Below, piece after piece: positions 53,129 to 61,954 of a DNA stretch of 64,000 nucleotides; the first letter of the stretch is position 1; each line of letters opens with the position of its first letter. The position numbers and the translations under genes are program-made. The DNA comes from Candidatus Babeliales bacterium (GTDB taxonomy: Bacteria > Babelota > Babeliae > Babelales > Vermiphilaceae): positions 576,001-640,000 of the forward strand of contig CAVUQO010000003.1 of assembly GCA_963743635.1 (NCBI GenBank). Reading direction: 5' to 3'. A model generated the notes under the pieces. The model worked only from the letters and a program-made list of their open reading frames with translations. It was not told the origin of the DNA and ran no database searches.

Positions 53129-53980
53129 CTATAATACGGGTGCTGCCGCAGCTCGTACTTCGTTTGCTTCGGGAGAGTCTTGCCCCTTGTACAGTTGTAT
53201 GCGACGATTACCAGCGCCGGTTTCAAGGTAATATACTCCATAGACTCTGGTGCCATACAGTACAAATATGCGTGCAATTTCCTTATTCATGTTATTGACG
53301 TATTTTTGGGCAAAACCATAATATTCCGTATTTTTATCCTTGCGCTGAGCAAGCGCTTTTTTGTTTTCGTCAATCATTTTTAGGACTAATAGACGAAATT
53401 CTTGAAATTTCTTTTTTTTATAGTTATCGTCTTTACCGCTATCTATATCAAAATCCTTAATTTCTATACCATTATTTCTCAGGCGAGCAATAATCTGCGT
53501 CGCATATTCTTCGCTGGGCAATGCGCCTGCTTTATCATCTAGAAATTCTACTGCCGTTGCCCCATTGGATACATTGTTCGCAATATACCTTTTTAATGGA
53601 TCATACTCTGTATTTTTGAGAGTTAACCATTCAGTATCAGGTCCATTAGGATTATTAAAGGCCATTTTGCCCAACAGATAGTTTTGGTCTTGTGCGAGTG
53701 TGATGAACTGCATTTCAGGTCTTTTCTGATTGATATATATTTGGTATTGAGGAATACGTGCAGATGATGATGAAACTGCGACTGCAGGAGTAGAAATCAT
53801 ACTTGCCTGAAGTGCTTGTTGTAATTCTCGCTCTTCCTGTTCTTGTCTGGCTCTTTCTTGTGCTGTCTGTTCTAAACTGAGCCTCATTGCTTCTCTAAGC
53901 TCAGCATCTTCTTCCATCGCCAATATCGATTGGCAACCCATTAACAAGGCTGCTATAGCCATGTGTTTTAAAATCTTCAT
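53129..53980 (-). CDS. Secreted protein with two ubiquitin-interacting-motif (UIM)-like helices
   Basis: Signal peptide followed by EEDAELREAMRLSLEQ and EERELQQALQASM. Confidence 0.8.
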   Translation of the reverse strand: MKILKHMAIAALLMGCQSILAMEEDAELREAMRLSLEQTAQERARQEQEERELQQALQASMISTPAVAVSSSSARIPQYQIYINQKRPEMQFITLAQDQNYLLGKMAFNNPNGPDTEWLTLKNTEYDPLKRYIANNVSNGATAVEFLDDKAGALPSEEYATQIIARLRNNGIEIKDFDIDSGKDDNYKKKKFQEFRLLVLKMIDENKKALAQRKDKNTEYYGFAQKYVNNMNKEIARIFVLYGTRVYGVYYLETGAGNRRIQLYKGQDSPEANEVRAAAAPVL

Positions 53981-54118
53981 ATTTTACTCCTTCATTCAAG
54001 ATTAATCATACCATACTCTTTAATCTTAAAGTAAAAAATGAGCTAAAAGCAATGGTTTGGTTTGTTTTTTGATAATTGCAGGAGATAGCAGGTTTTGGAT
54101 GGGGGGGTTACCAGCAGG

Positions 54119-54160
54119 ACCCTTCGATACGGTCGTACCGACCTACTCAGGATGAGTGGA
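54119..54160 (+). repeat. Repeat family B copy
   Basis: ACCCTTCGATACG...ACTCAGGATGAGTGG. Confidence 0.65.
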
Positions 54161-54332
54161 AGAAACTACCAACAAGAGAGGATGCGCTTGGCACTTGCGA
54201 TAATGGCGGGAATGAGGTTTTTTTCTTTGAGTTGATTGAGGGTGTACTGAGTACAGCCGACTTCATACTTGCAGGATGCGGGGCCCAGGAGGGGGCGTAG
54301 CCCGAGGATGAGGAAGCGTAAGATGGCTTTGA

Positions 54333-54665
54333 TCATAGTTTAGCGAATGCCGTAGCAAAGATTGTCTTAAGTTCGTCGAAGGGCGTGTCGATGCCTTCTT
54401 TTTTGATGATCGCGATACAGTCAACACCGCGTTCATAGTATTTTTCTTCAAAAAAAAGCGCCTTAATGCGTCGGCGAATTTTGTTCCGTTTGGAAGCTTT
54501 GCCGATGCGTCGAGGCGTTATTACGAGGATCCTGCCGTGTTCCTGAGCTTTGGGAGCTACGATGATATCAGCGGTAGGAGTTTTAAGGACGCGTTTGCCA
54601 CGTTTGAGAATCGTTCTGACCTCGGTGGGTGCAAAACAAGACAAGGTGCGTGCTACGCGTCCCAT
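54333..54665 (-). CDS. rnpA: Ribonuclease P protein component
   Basis: GKASKRNKIRRRIK (RNR motif); downstream of rpmH. Confidence 0.92.
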   Translation of the reverse strand: MGRVARTLSCFAPTEVRTILKRGKRVLKTPTADIIVAPKAQEHGRILVITPRRIGKASKRNKIRRRIKALFFEEKYYERGVDCIAIIKKEGIDTPFDELKTIFATAFAKL

Positions 54666-54676
54666 TAATTTGTCAC

Positions 54677-54823
54677 TTACTTAGAGCTGACGGTAAGGTT
54701 CTTGCGACCTTTAGCTCGGCGACGATTGATGATTGCGCGGCCATCATGGGATGCCATTCTTTTGAGGAATCCATGCTTACGAGCGCGCTTTTTGTTACTT
54801 TTTCTAAAACAGGTAACTGACAT
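54677..54823 (-). CDS. rpmH: 50S ribosomal protein L34 (not in the ORF track)
   Basis: [48 protein letters not shown]. Confidence 0.96.
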   Translation of the reverse strand: MSVTCFRKSNKKRARKHGFLKRMASHDGRAIINRRRAKGRKNLTVSSK

Positions 54824-54948
54824 GAGTATCCTTTAGAATTGCGAGAAATATCTTGTATTTATCCCTTAGTATAGGTGAAAATAAGGTTTTTTCAACATCT
54901 ACTTTTTTATCCCTAAGAGGGATTACTGGCTTATCTTTCCTGGCAGAC

Positions 54949-55878
54949 TCATTTACTGGCACACAGATACCGTTCCGCATCAAAGGCTGCCATGCAGCCG
55001 GTTCCGGCTGACGTGATTGCCTGGCGATAGGTATAATCAGCGACGTCTCCGGCGGCAAACACCCCCTCAACCGAAGTGCGGGTTCCCTTTTTCAGGACAA
55101 TGTAGCCATGGCTATCGAGCTCCAGTTGGCCTAAAAACGGCTTGGTATTAGGAGAAAGGCCGACGGCGATAAATATACCATCCGCGGCAACTTCTTCCTT
55201 TGTGCCCGTTTTTTGATTGATTATCGTGGCACTGGTAACGTGAGAACCGTTGCCCTTGATTTCCGATAGGCTACTTTCGTAGATGATCTTGATGTCAGGA
55301 TTGCTGACTACCCGTTCTTGCATTGTATAGGAGGCGGTCAGCTTATCCAGGATATGCACGACGGTGATGTCTTTCGTAAATTTGGTCATGAAGGAGGCGT
55401 CTTCCATGGCGGTATCGCCACCGCCTACAATCAGAACCTTTTTATCTTTGTAGAATGCGCCATCGCAGGCTGCACAGGTGGTTACCCCTTTGCCCCAGTA
55501 TTCATCTTCTCCAGGAATTTGAAGTCGGCGGGGAGTAGAGCCGGTGGTGATGATGACGCTATGAGCCTTGAGTTCAGTATTTTTGTTGGTCCAGATGGTA
55601 AACGGTTTCTTGGAGAAATCGACTTTGGTAACTTCCTCGGAGCTGATAGTGCAATCAAAGCTTTTGAGTTGATTGCGCATATTCATCATAAGTTCGGGAC
55701 CCAGAATGCTTTTTTCGCCAGGCCAGTTTTCAACGTAGGACGTTCCCATCAGTTGACCGCCCGGTTTTTTCCCCTCAAGCATGAGCGGCTTAAGATTAGC
55801 ACGCGCGGTGTAAATGCCGGCGGTTAGGCCAGCGGGGCCGGAGCCAATAATAATAACGTTGTGCACTAAATCAGTCAT
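54949..55878 (-). CDS. trxB: Thioredoxin reductase
   Basis: GSGPAG, CAACDG, GGGDTA and GDVAD..YRQA. Confidence 0.97.
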   Translation of the reverse strand: MTDLVHNVIIIGSGPAGLTAGIYTARANLKPLMLEGKKPGGQLMGTSYVENWPGEKSILGPELMMNMRNQLKSFDCTISSEEVTKVDFSKKPFTIWTNKNTELKAHSVIITTGSTPRRLQIPGEDEYWGKGVTTCAACDGAFYKDKKVLIVGGGDTAMEDASFMTKFTKDITVVHILDKLTASYTMQERVVSNPDIKIIYESSLSEIKGNGSHVTSATIINQKTGTKEEVAADGIFIAVGLSPNTKPFLGQLELDSHGYIVLKKGTRTSVEGVFAAGDVADYTYRQAITSAGTGCMAAFDAERYLCASK

Positions 55879-55887
55879 GAGACTCCT

Positions 55888-57198
55888 TTATTGACGCGTC
55901 AGATGGTAAATGATGTGGTTAAGCGCTTTTTCACGCAAGCAGGATAACTTGATCGTCTCGTGTGAAATTGGCCGCTCTTGCCCATCGATTCTCGATGCGG
56001 GCACATCAAAATAAACAAACTCTTTGGTACGGGGACGTTGCGCGAGGGTTAAATAACTTTTGATATCGTGTTGCGATGCTTGCATATTATCTTGAATAGC
56101 GAGTTGGCCAAGCAATATCATTTCTTTAATTTGCTTCTCTGCTAATTCACGCACGCGATCTTTAAAGTCTTTTTGCACGCGATAGACCTGGTAATCGGGA
56201 TTATCTTGTAAAGCATCAAGTATATGTTTGGTGTGTCTTAAGATAAGATGATTAGGAATTATAAAGCGGTGTTTTGAAAGTAACAGTTTTAATGATTCTT
56301 CTGCCATTGAACGCCGTTGTGAAAGATCGTTACGGTATGAAAAAACTTCTATAAGTTTATGGGATAGTTCTTTGTTTGTTTTTAACTTAAAGTATTTCTT
56401 GAATGCTTCAAAGCAGAAATATGCGTAAGGAACCGTATCAAGAACCGTTATGCGGAAATGATAGTTAGTTGCGATCGTGTTACTGAAATAATCTTGGAGG
56501 CCTTTATTTTGTGTAATAAACACATCGCCAACTCTTTTCATAACAAAAAGTTCTTGCATGGCAACATCAGCTTCTTCGTTCCCGATTTTTATCCACAACG
56601 TTTCAGTGAAATCACCGAGTAATGGAGTGCCTGCTGCATCAACTAAGCAGATCGTAAAATTAACCCAGTCGCCAATTTGAATTGGTGCAGATTCATATTT
56701 TTTGTGTAATTCCCGTTCTTCCTTTATAAAGCCTTCAACTTGACGATCAAGATCTTTATATTTTTTACGCTTTGGAGCTTTGAATGGATAATAGCGCCAT
56801 TCTTGAACCACGACATCAGGAAAAAGTGTAAGTTCAAAAGTAAAGCGAGCATCCTCCTCAATCTTAAGGAGAATCGTTTGCAGGCGAGGTTCGCCGATAA
56901 CGAGCAATTTATGCTGTTGGATTTCGCGATGCAGATAATTAAGCACGGCGTAGCGAAAGAGGAACTCTTTGATATGATCAATGAGTGTTGAAGTAAAGTT
57001 TTTTTCGATATACGAAATTGGCACTTTCCCTTTGGGAAATCCAGGAGCTTCAACATTGCTTTGTTGAGCCTGCGCGGCCAAATGATAGAGGGTTATTATA
57101 TGTTGACGGGGCACTACAACAGTTGCATAGCAAAATCTCGGATGTTCATATTCAAGTTCAAGACGTAAGTTGGATGGGATATCGCCTTCATGAACCAC
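55888..57198 (-). CDS. tig: Trigger factor (divergent)
   Basis: APGFPKGKVP ribosome-binding motif; follows tRNA-Leu; GTG start after AAGGAG. Confidence 0.8.
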   Translation of the reverse strand: MVHEGDIPSNLRLELEYEHPRFCYATVVVPRQHIITLYHLAAQAQQSNVEAPGFPKGKVPISYIEKNFTSTLIDHIKEFLFRYAVLNYLHREIQQHKLLVIGEPRLQTILLKIEEDARFTFELTLFPDVVVQEWRYYPFKAPKRKKYKDLDRQVEGFIKEERELHKKYESAPIQIGDWVNFTICLVDAAGTPLLGDFTETLWIKIGNEEADVAMQELFVMKRVGDVFITQNKGLQDYFSNTIATNYHFRITVLDTVPYAYFCFEAFKKYFKLKTNKELSHKLIEVFSYRNDLSQRRSMAEESLKLLLSKHRFIIPNHLILRHTKHILDALQDNPDYQVYRVQKDFKDRVRELAEKQIKEMILLGQLAIQDNMQASQHDIKSYLTLAQRPRTKEFVYFDVPASRIDGQERPISHETIKLSCLREKALNHIIYHLTRQ

Positions 57199-57214
57199 AT
57201 GATCTCCTTTTATT

Positions 57215-57299
57215 TGGTGCAAGAGAAGGGACTCGAACCCCCACTCCTTTCGGAACTGGATCCTAAGTCCAGCGCGTCTACCAGTTTCGCCACTCTTGC
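57215..57299 (-). tRNA. tRNA-Leu(TAG); CCA encoded
   Basis: GCAAGAG acceptor stem, anticodon arm CTGGA-CTTAGGA-TCCAG, long variable arm. Confidence 0.96.
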
Positions 57300-57478
57300 A
57301 CACATTTTTATATCTCTCTCTCAAATACTTTCAATAATTCTGTATTGAGTCAAGTTGCTTGCAACCTTTGGTGCCGTTTATGTCAATATTCGTTTCCGCT
57401 GGATAAGCGGAGTGAATTGTTTTCCGCGTTGTATATGGTCCGTCTACGCTATTGCTTCGAAATTTTTAATTCGAAGAC

Positions 57479-57551
57479 TGGGCTGCCTTGGAGTCGAACC
57501 AAGGACCTGCAGATTAAGAGTCTGTTGCTCTACCAGCTGAGCTAGCAGCCC
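57479..57551 (-). tRNA. tRNA-Lys(CTT); CCA not encoded
   Basis: GGGCTGC acceptor stem, anticodon loop CTCTTAA, GGTTCGACTCC T-arm. Confidence 0.95.
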
Positions 57552-57613
57552 GTAAACATCCTTTTTAATATTGGGATAGTGTACCAGAGTCTGATATAAA
57601 ATAAAGATATTTA

Positions 57614-58202
57614 TTAAAATTCTCTGATTTCTTTGGCTTTTTTCTCACCTTTATCATCTGCTTGTTTGCAGTAACGGCCAGTTACGTCTTCGAGAATGTC
57701 AGAAAGGCGACTAAAGAAGTTTTCAGAAATCTCTTTATCTTTTTTCGCATCGCGAATGAGATTATTAAAATCTTTGCGAACATTACGCATCGCGATTTTG
57801 CATTCTTCAACTTTTTTATTCAAAATTTTGACTAAATCTTCGCGGCGAGCAGTGCTCATTTCAGGCAATGTTAAGCGAATAATTTGACCATCATTTGCCG
57901 GGCTCAAGTCCAAGATCTGAATTGCTAATTGCTTTTTCGATTTCTCCAATAACGCCAGCATCCCATGGTTGAATGGTCAAAAGGCGTGCATCAGGAGCTG
58001 CGCATGCCGCTATGTTTTTAAGGGGCAGTGGTGCGCCGCCGTAAACAGATACGGGAAGATTTTCGATGAGCGATGGGTGTGCGCGGCCAGTGCGGACTTT
58101 GATGAGTTCCGCTTCAAGATGTTTAATGGATTTCGCCATTTCATCTTCCATTGCTTTTTGGAACGTTTTCGTATCGTTTTCGACAAGAGTTATTTGAATC
58201 AT
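57614..58202 (-). CDS. frr: Ribosome recycling factor (frameshift near 57900)
   Basis: VRTGRAHP, IQPWD and P..DG..IRL.LP...RR..L. Confidence 0.95.
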
Positions 58203-58908
58203 AGAGTATCCTTTGTTTCAATTATGCTACCAATATCTGGTGATTGTGCCACTTCGAGTAATGCATTGTTTTTAAAGAGTGTAAAAACTCGAATAGGTAT
58301 TTTATATTCTTTTGCGAGTGCAAGTGCCGTTATATCCATGATGCCGAGCTTGCGATCGACTGCATTCTTGATGCGTGATCCGTTTGATGATCGTGGCATT
58401 CGTATGAGTATGCGGATCTGCCGTATAAATGCCATCAATATTGGTGGCTTTCCATACTTCATGGGCCTGTATTTGCAGCGCGCGCATAATCGCATTGGTG
58501 TCGGTGGTGAAAAATGGATTGCCCGTACCGCCCGCAAAAATGAGTATCTCATCGGCATTAAAGCCATCATCAATTGCGGATTGATTAATCGGTTGGGCTA
58601 CGGCATCACATGCAAGTGCGGTAAGAAGCCGCGCACGTATTCCCGCTTGGACCATAAGATCCTTGAGGATTACGCCATTCATGAGGGTTGCAAGCATGCC
58701 TACGGTGTGACCCGCAGTAGGCCGCAATCCAAACGCATTGCCTTGCTGATGACCACGAAAGAAATTGCCGCCGCCAATAACAATACCGAACTGATGTGTT
58801 TCGCGTAAGCTATTCAGATTATCGAGCACATCGCTTAATGACTTGTGCATGTTGTGGATCGAGTAACGTACCCGTTAACTTGAGCAGAATCCTTTTTTTG
58901 CCGTTCAT
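58199..58908 (-). CDS. pyrH: Uridylate kinase (two frameshifts)
   Basis: RILLKLTG start, GGGNFFRG, GTGNPFFTTD and IMDITA. Confidence 0.95.
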
Positions 58909-58929
58909 ATGGCCCTCACCAGTACCGTG

Positions 58930-59526
58930 TTAAGCACCAATTTCAAAACGAACGAAACGTTTAATCTTGATGTTTTCACCAAGCTTTGCGATCAAGTTTT
59001 CAATCACTTGTTCGATAGTAAATTGATCGTTTTTTACAAATGTTTGCTTCATCAAGCAAATATCTGCATAAAGCTTGCTTACTTTACCATCAATAATTTG
59101 GTTTAGTATCTTTTCTGGTTTTCCGGAACTTTCCATTTGCGCAGCCATGATACTTCGTTCGTGTTCAAGGAACTTAGGATCGACGTCTTCTGGGTTCAAA
59201 TAGAGTGGCTTTGATGCGGCAATGTGCAAGCAAATATCATTTGCGGCTTGTACGAAATCCGCAGTGCTTGATACGAAATCAGTTTCGCAGTCGAGTTCAA
59301 GTAAAACGCCAATGCGGCTGCCTGGATGGATGTACGCATGGATGATGCCTTCAGTAGTAGCATTGCCACTACGTTTTTCGGCTACAGCAGCGCCTTTTTT
59401 GCGGAGGAATTCGATTGCTTTATCGATGTTGCCTTCGTTTGCGTCGAGGGCTTTTTTGCAGTCAAGCATACCCATGCCGGTCATATTACGCAGTTGCTGA
59501 ATAAGGTTCAAATCATTTTTTGCCAT
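58930..59526 (-). CDS. tsf: Elongation factor Ts (short form)
   Basis: LRNMTGMGMLDCKKAL and ELDCETDFV. Confidence 0.97.
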   Translation of the reverse strand: MAKNDLNLIQQLRNMTGMGMLDCKKALDANEGNIDKAIEFLRKKGAAVAEKRSGNATTEGIIHAYIHPGSRIGVLLELDCETDFVSSTADFVQAANDICLHIAASKPLYLNPEDVDPKFLEHERSIMAAQMESSGKPEKILNQIIDGKVSKLYADICLMKQTFVKNDQFTIEQVIENLIAKLGENIKIKRFVRFEIGA

Positions 59527-59562
59527 AAGTGTTCCTGGGAAAAAGCTGTTAAAAGAGAAAAG

Positions 59563-59675
59563 TTCATACCATAAGTGTGCCAAAAATCGTTGTTTTGGCA
59601 ATAGTGGGTTCCAGGATGTGGGTCAACAGGTGTAGGAAAAAAGCCGCTTGAGCTTCAGGGGCGCAAACGGCTTTT
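59563..59675 (-). repeat. Terminator plus promoter block, duplicated at 60221-60347
   Basis: Both copies share AAATCGTTGTTTTG.CAATAGTGGGTTCCAGGATG.GGGTCA and AAAAGCCGCTTGAGCTT.AGGGGCGCAAACGGCTTTT. Confidence 0.9.
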
Positions 59676-59694
59676 GAAATCTATACGAGGATAG

Positions 59695-60174
59695 TTATTT
59701 GGTAGATTCGGCAGATCCTGTAACAGATGCTTTAACATTGTTCCAGATTGGCTTCAGATCTTTTTCAATAATATCCGTAGGTCGCATATTGTCGACAATC
59801 ACAGGGGCAATATATGCAGCCGTTTTAAGCGCCACTAGGCCTGCTAATGTAACCATCAGACCGCCACCAAAACGCTTTATCGGTTCACGACCACTCAGTG
59901 AACAGGCCCCACCACCTACCCACGATGTCATAGCCCATGTAAATGCTCTATCGGTATGCGCCGTTTTTTCCTCATATGTCTTTTGCGGTTTATCCATTTC
60001 CGTTACGTGGTGATTCACAAGTATTCCACAGCCAAGACCAGTCGCGATGCCAGCCGCATGTGCTGGGGTGATTTTAGAAGCAAATGTTTTTATTGCTGCA
60101 GCTGGATTTGCTTGAAGTTGTAAAGTTCCAACAGTCAGCGCAAGCGCTATAGATTTAATCATTCGTGTATTCAT
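59695..60174 (-). CDS. Hypothetical secreted/membrane protein
   Basis: AAAGG RBS, signal peptide and Gly/Ala-rich hydrophobic helices. Confidence 0.8.
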   Translation of the reverse strand: MNTRMIKSIALALTVGTLQLQANPAAAIKTFASKITPAHAAGIATGLGCGILVNHHVTEMDKPQKTYEEKTAHTDRAFTWAMTSWVGGGACSLSGREPIKRFGGGLMVTLAGLVALKTAAYIAPVIVDNMRPTDIIEKDLKPIWNNVKASVTGSAESTK

Positions 60175-60220
60175 GATGTCCTTTCAGTTTTTTGGTTAGT
60201 GTGATCGTATAGCATAGATT

Positions 60221-60347
60221 TTCATAGCAGAAGTATGTCAGAAATCGTTGTTTTGACAATAGTGGGTTCCAGGATGCGGGTCAGCAATAGTTGGGAAAAA
60301 GGGACATTAAAAAAGCCGCTTGAGCTTTAGGGGCGCAAACGGCTTTT
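60221..60347 (-). repeat. Second copy of the terminator plus promoter block
   Basis: Matches 59563-59675. Confidence 0.9.
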
Positions 60348-60368
60348 TAAGATTTCGGCGACGGCGGA

Positions 60369-61088
60369 TTATTTATTGCCAATAAGCATCTTGCGATCGA
60401 TTGTTGCATCCTGAGCCATCTGATGATATTTGGCCTTCATAGAGGCAGGGATCATAGAAAATTTAGATCCAATCTTTGCCCAAAGTACCTTTCGTTCAGT
60501 CGCTTCTCTCTCTGCTTGCGTGGGTTCTGTGGGCGTATCTTTGGGAGATTCGCAGGCTATTACGTTGCTCTGAGTTGTTGCTTCAAACAAACCCTGTCTA
60601 AGTGCAGGTTTTATATTTTTATTCCATGCATTGTTGAACGCAGGCTTGAGTTCATTGTCCCATGCCTGTGCAGCAGGGATAGAGAGATAGTTATAGCCAA
60701 TGAGGACTGCTGGGAAGAGCAATATGGTGCGTCCGCCAATGCGTAAGGTTTGCATAAAGAGATCGGTAGCGCGCGATACGAAATGAATTGTTGAGTTTGT
60801 TGAAGGGGGGATTGAAGCTTTAAGGGCATCGTTGTGAAGAGTTCCGTAGAGACCCATCGTTTTAAGCGCTGCAGCACCACCAAAAAGGAGAGCGCCTTGT
60901 TCAGCGGCAATAGCGTATTCTTTGTGTTTGACACTGTTCGTAATGTCATTAACGCCAGCTTGGGCGATCGCAGCACCACCAGCTATCGCGAGGCCTTTAG
61001 CCACGGGTAGGGTAGGAAGCGCGCTGATGCTCAGCGTAAAACAGCCAAAAGTGGCCAATAAAGTCATGATAAATTGTTTGATATTCAT
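60369..61088 (-). CDS. Hypothetical secreted/membrane protein
   Basis: Signal peptide and Gly/Ala-rich helices; LKPAFNN resembles LKPIWNN of the neighbouring gene. Confidence 0.8.
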   Translation of the reverse strand: MNIKQFIMTLLATFGCFTLSISALPTLPVAKGLAIAGGAAIAQAGVNDITNSVKHKEYAIAAEQGALLFGGAAALKTMGLYGTLHNDALKASIPPSTNSTIHFVSRATDLFMQTLRIGGRTILLFPAVLIGYNYLSIPAAQAWDNELKPAFNNAWNKNIKPALRQGLFEATTQSNVIACESPKDTPTEPTQAEREATERKVLWAKIGSKFSMIPASMKAKYHQMAQDATIDRKMLIGNK

Positions 61089-61236
61089 AATTGTGTCCCT
61101 AAAATATAAGTTTTTAAAACATAGTTATTACTATAAATCTTATCATATAAGGATTTTTTGGGCAAAAGGTGGGGCGATTTAGGCTCTGGGAGCGGGTGGG
61201 GGGGTAGCATGTGGATGAAAGATAGGTATTGGAATA

Positions 61237-61349
61237 CCAGTCTACGCTAATACTCCGAAGTTTTACCTCAGGAAGTGTTTTGCTTCGTCGGGTTCTTCTA
61301 TTCGCTTTCATCGCAAGTTAAAACATATGGATGAAAGCGAATAGAAGAA
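61237..61349 (-). repeat. Family A copy overlapping a perfect 20-bp inverted repeat
   Basis: 61237-61308 matches 6977-7048; TTCTTCTATTCGCTTTCATC (61293-61312) pairs with GATGAAAGCGAATAGAAGAA (61330-61349). Confidence 0.88.
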
Positions 61350-61403
61350 AAAAAGGGCCTTGGTTTAATGCCAAGGCCCCTTGAGATATCTTGATGAAAT
61401 GTC

Positions 61404-61856
61404 TTAGTACTCGTCGATCTCTTCTTCAGAGTGGTGTGCATGGCCACAATCACAGCTGTGGGAATGTTTGATTCTTCTGAAGCGAGTGAATTTATTTAAT
61501 TTTTCAGGTGTTACCATCGGTTCAACCGATATGTCTCCCTTTTCAATATCTTCAGGTTTTGCATTTAACATTTTCATTGAAATTGCAACATTTTTAGCCG
61601 CTTCATCCTTCGACTGGGAATGTTCGTATATAGATCGAATGCAATCTTTCGTATTATGATCTCTGCGTTTACAGAGAATTAGAATAAAACGGTCTACATC
61701 GTTGCGTCTTTTTTGTGACTCCTGCAGAACTACCTGAGTCGGCACTCCGCGTTTTTCGGCTTCGGGTGCTGCCATTAGTTCTCGCCAAGCATCGAGTATG
61801 TTCGCATGCGCAGGCAATGCGGTAATGGTCAGGAATAATAGTAGATATTGTTTCAT
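61404..61856 (-). CDS. Hypothetical secreted protein with a His/Cys-rich tail
   Basis: Signal peptide ending AHA; C-terminus HSHSCDCGHAHH. Confidence 0.78.
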   Translation of the reverse strand: MKQYLLLFLTITALPAHANILDAWRELMAAPEAEKRGVPTQVVLQESQKRRNDVDRFILILCKRRDHNTKDCIRSIYEHSQSKDEAAKNVAISMKMLNAKPEDIEKGDISVEPMVTPEKLNKFTRFRRIKHSHSCDCGHAHHSEEEIDEY

Positions 61857-61954
61857 GATGTCCCTTAATAGTTATTGGATTTATACTACACATTATAATA
61901 ATCGACAAAGCTATTGCTGTAAATGCGTTTATCGTTTATTGTTGATTATTTTGT

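Noticed and set aside
57199..57324. N-terminal extension of the trigger factor ORF
   Set aside because: It overlaps tRNA-Leu; a GTG with an RBS lies at 57198.
57969..58808. 279-aa plus-strand ORF and other long antisense ORFs
   Set aside because: These are shadows of pyrH/frr and other real genes on the opposite strand.
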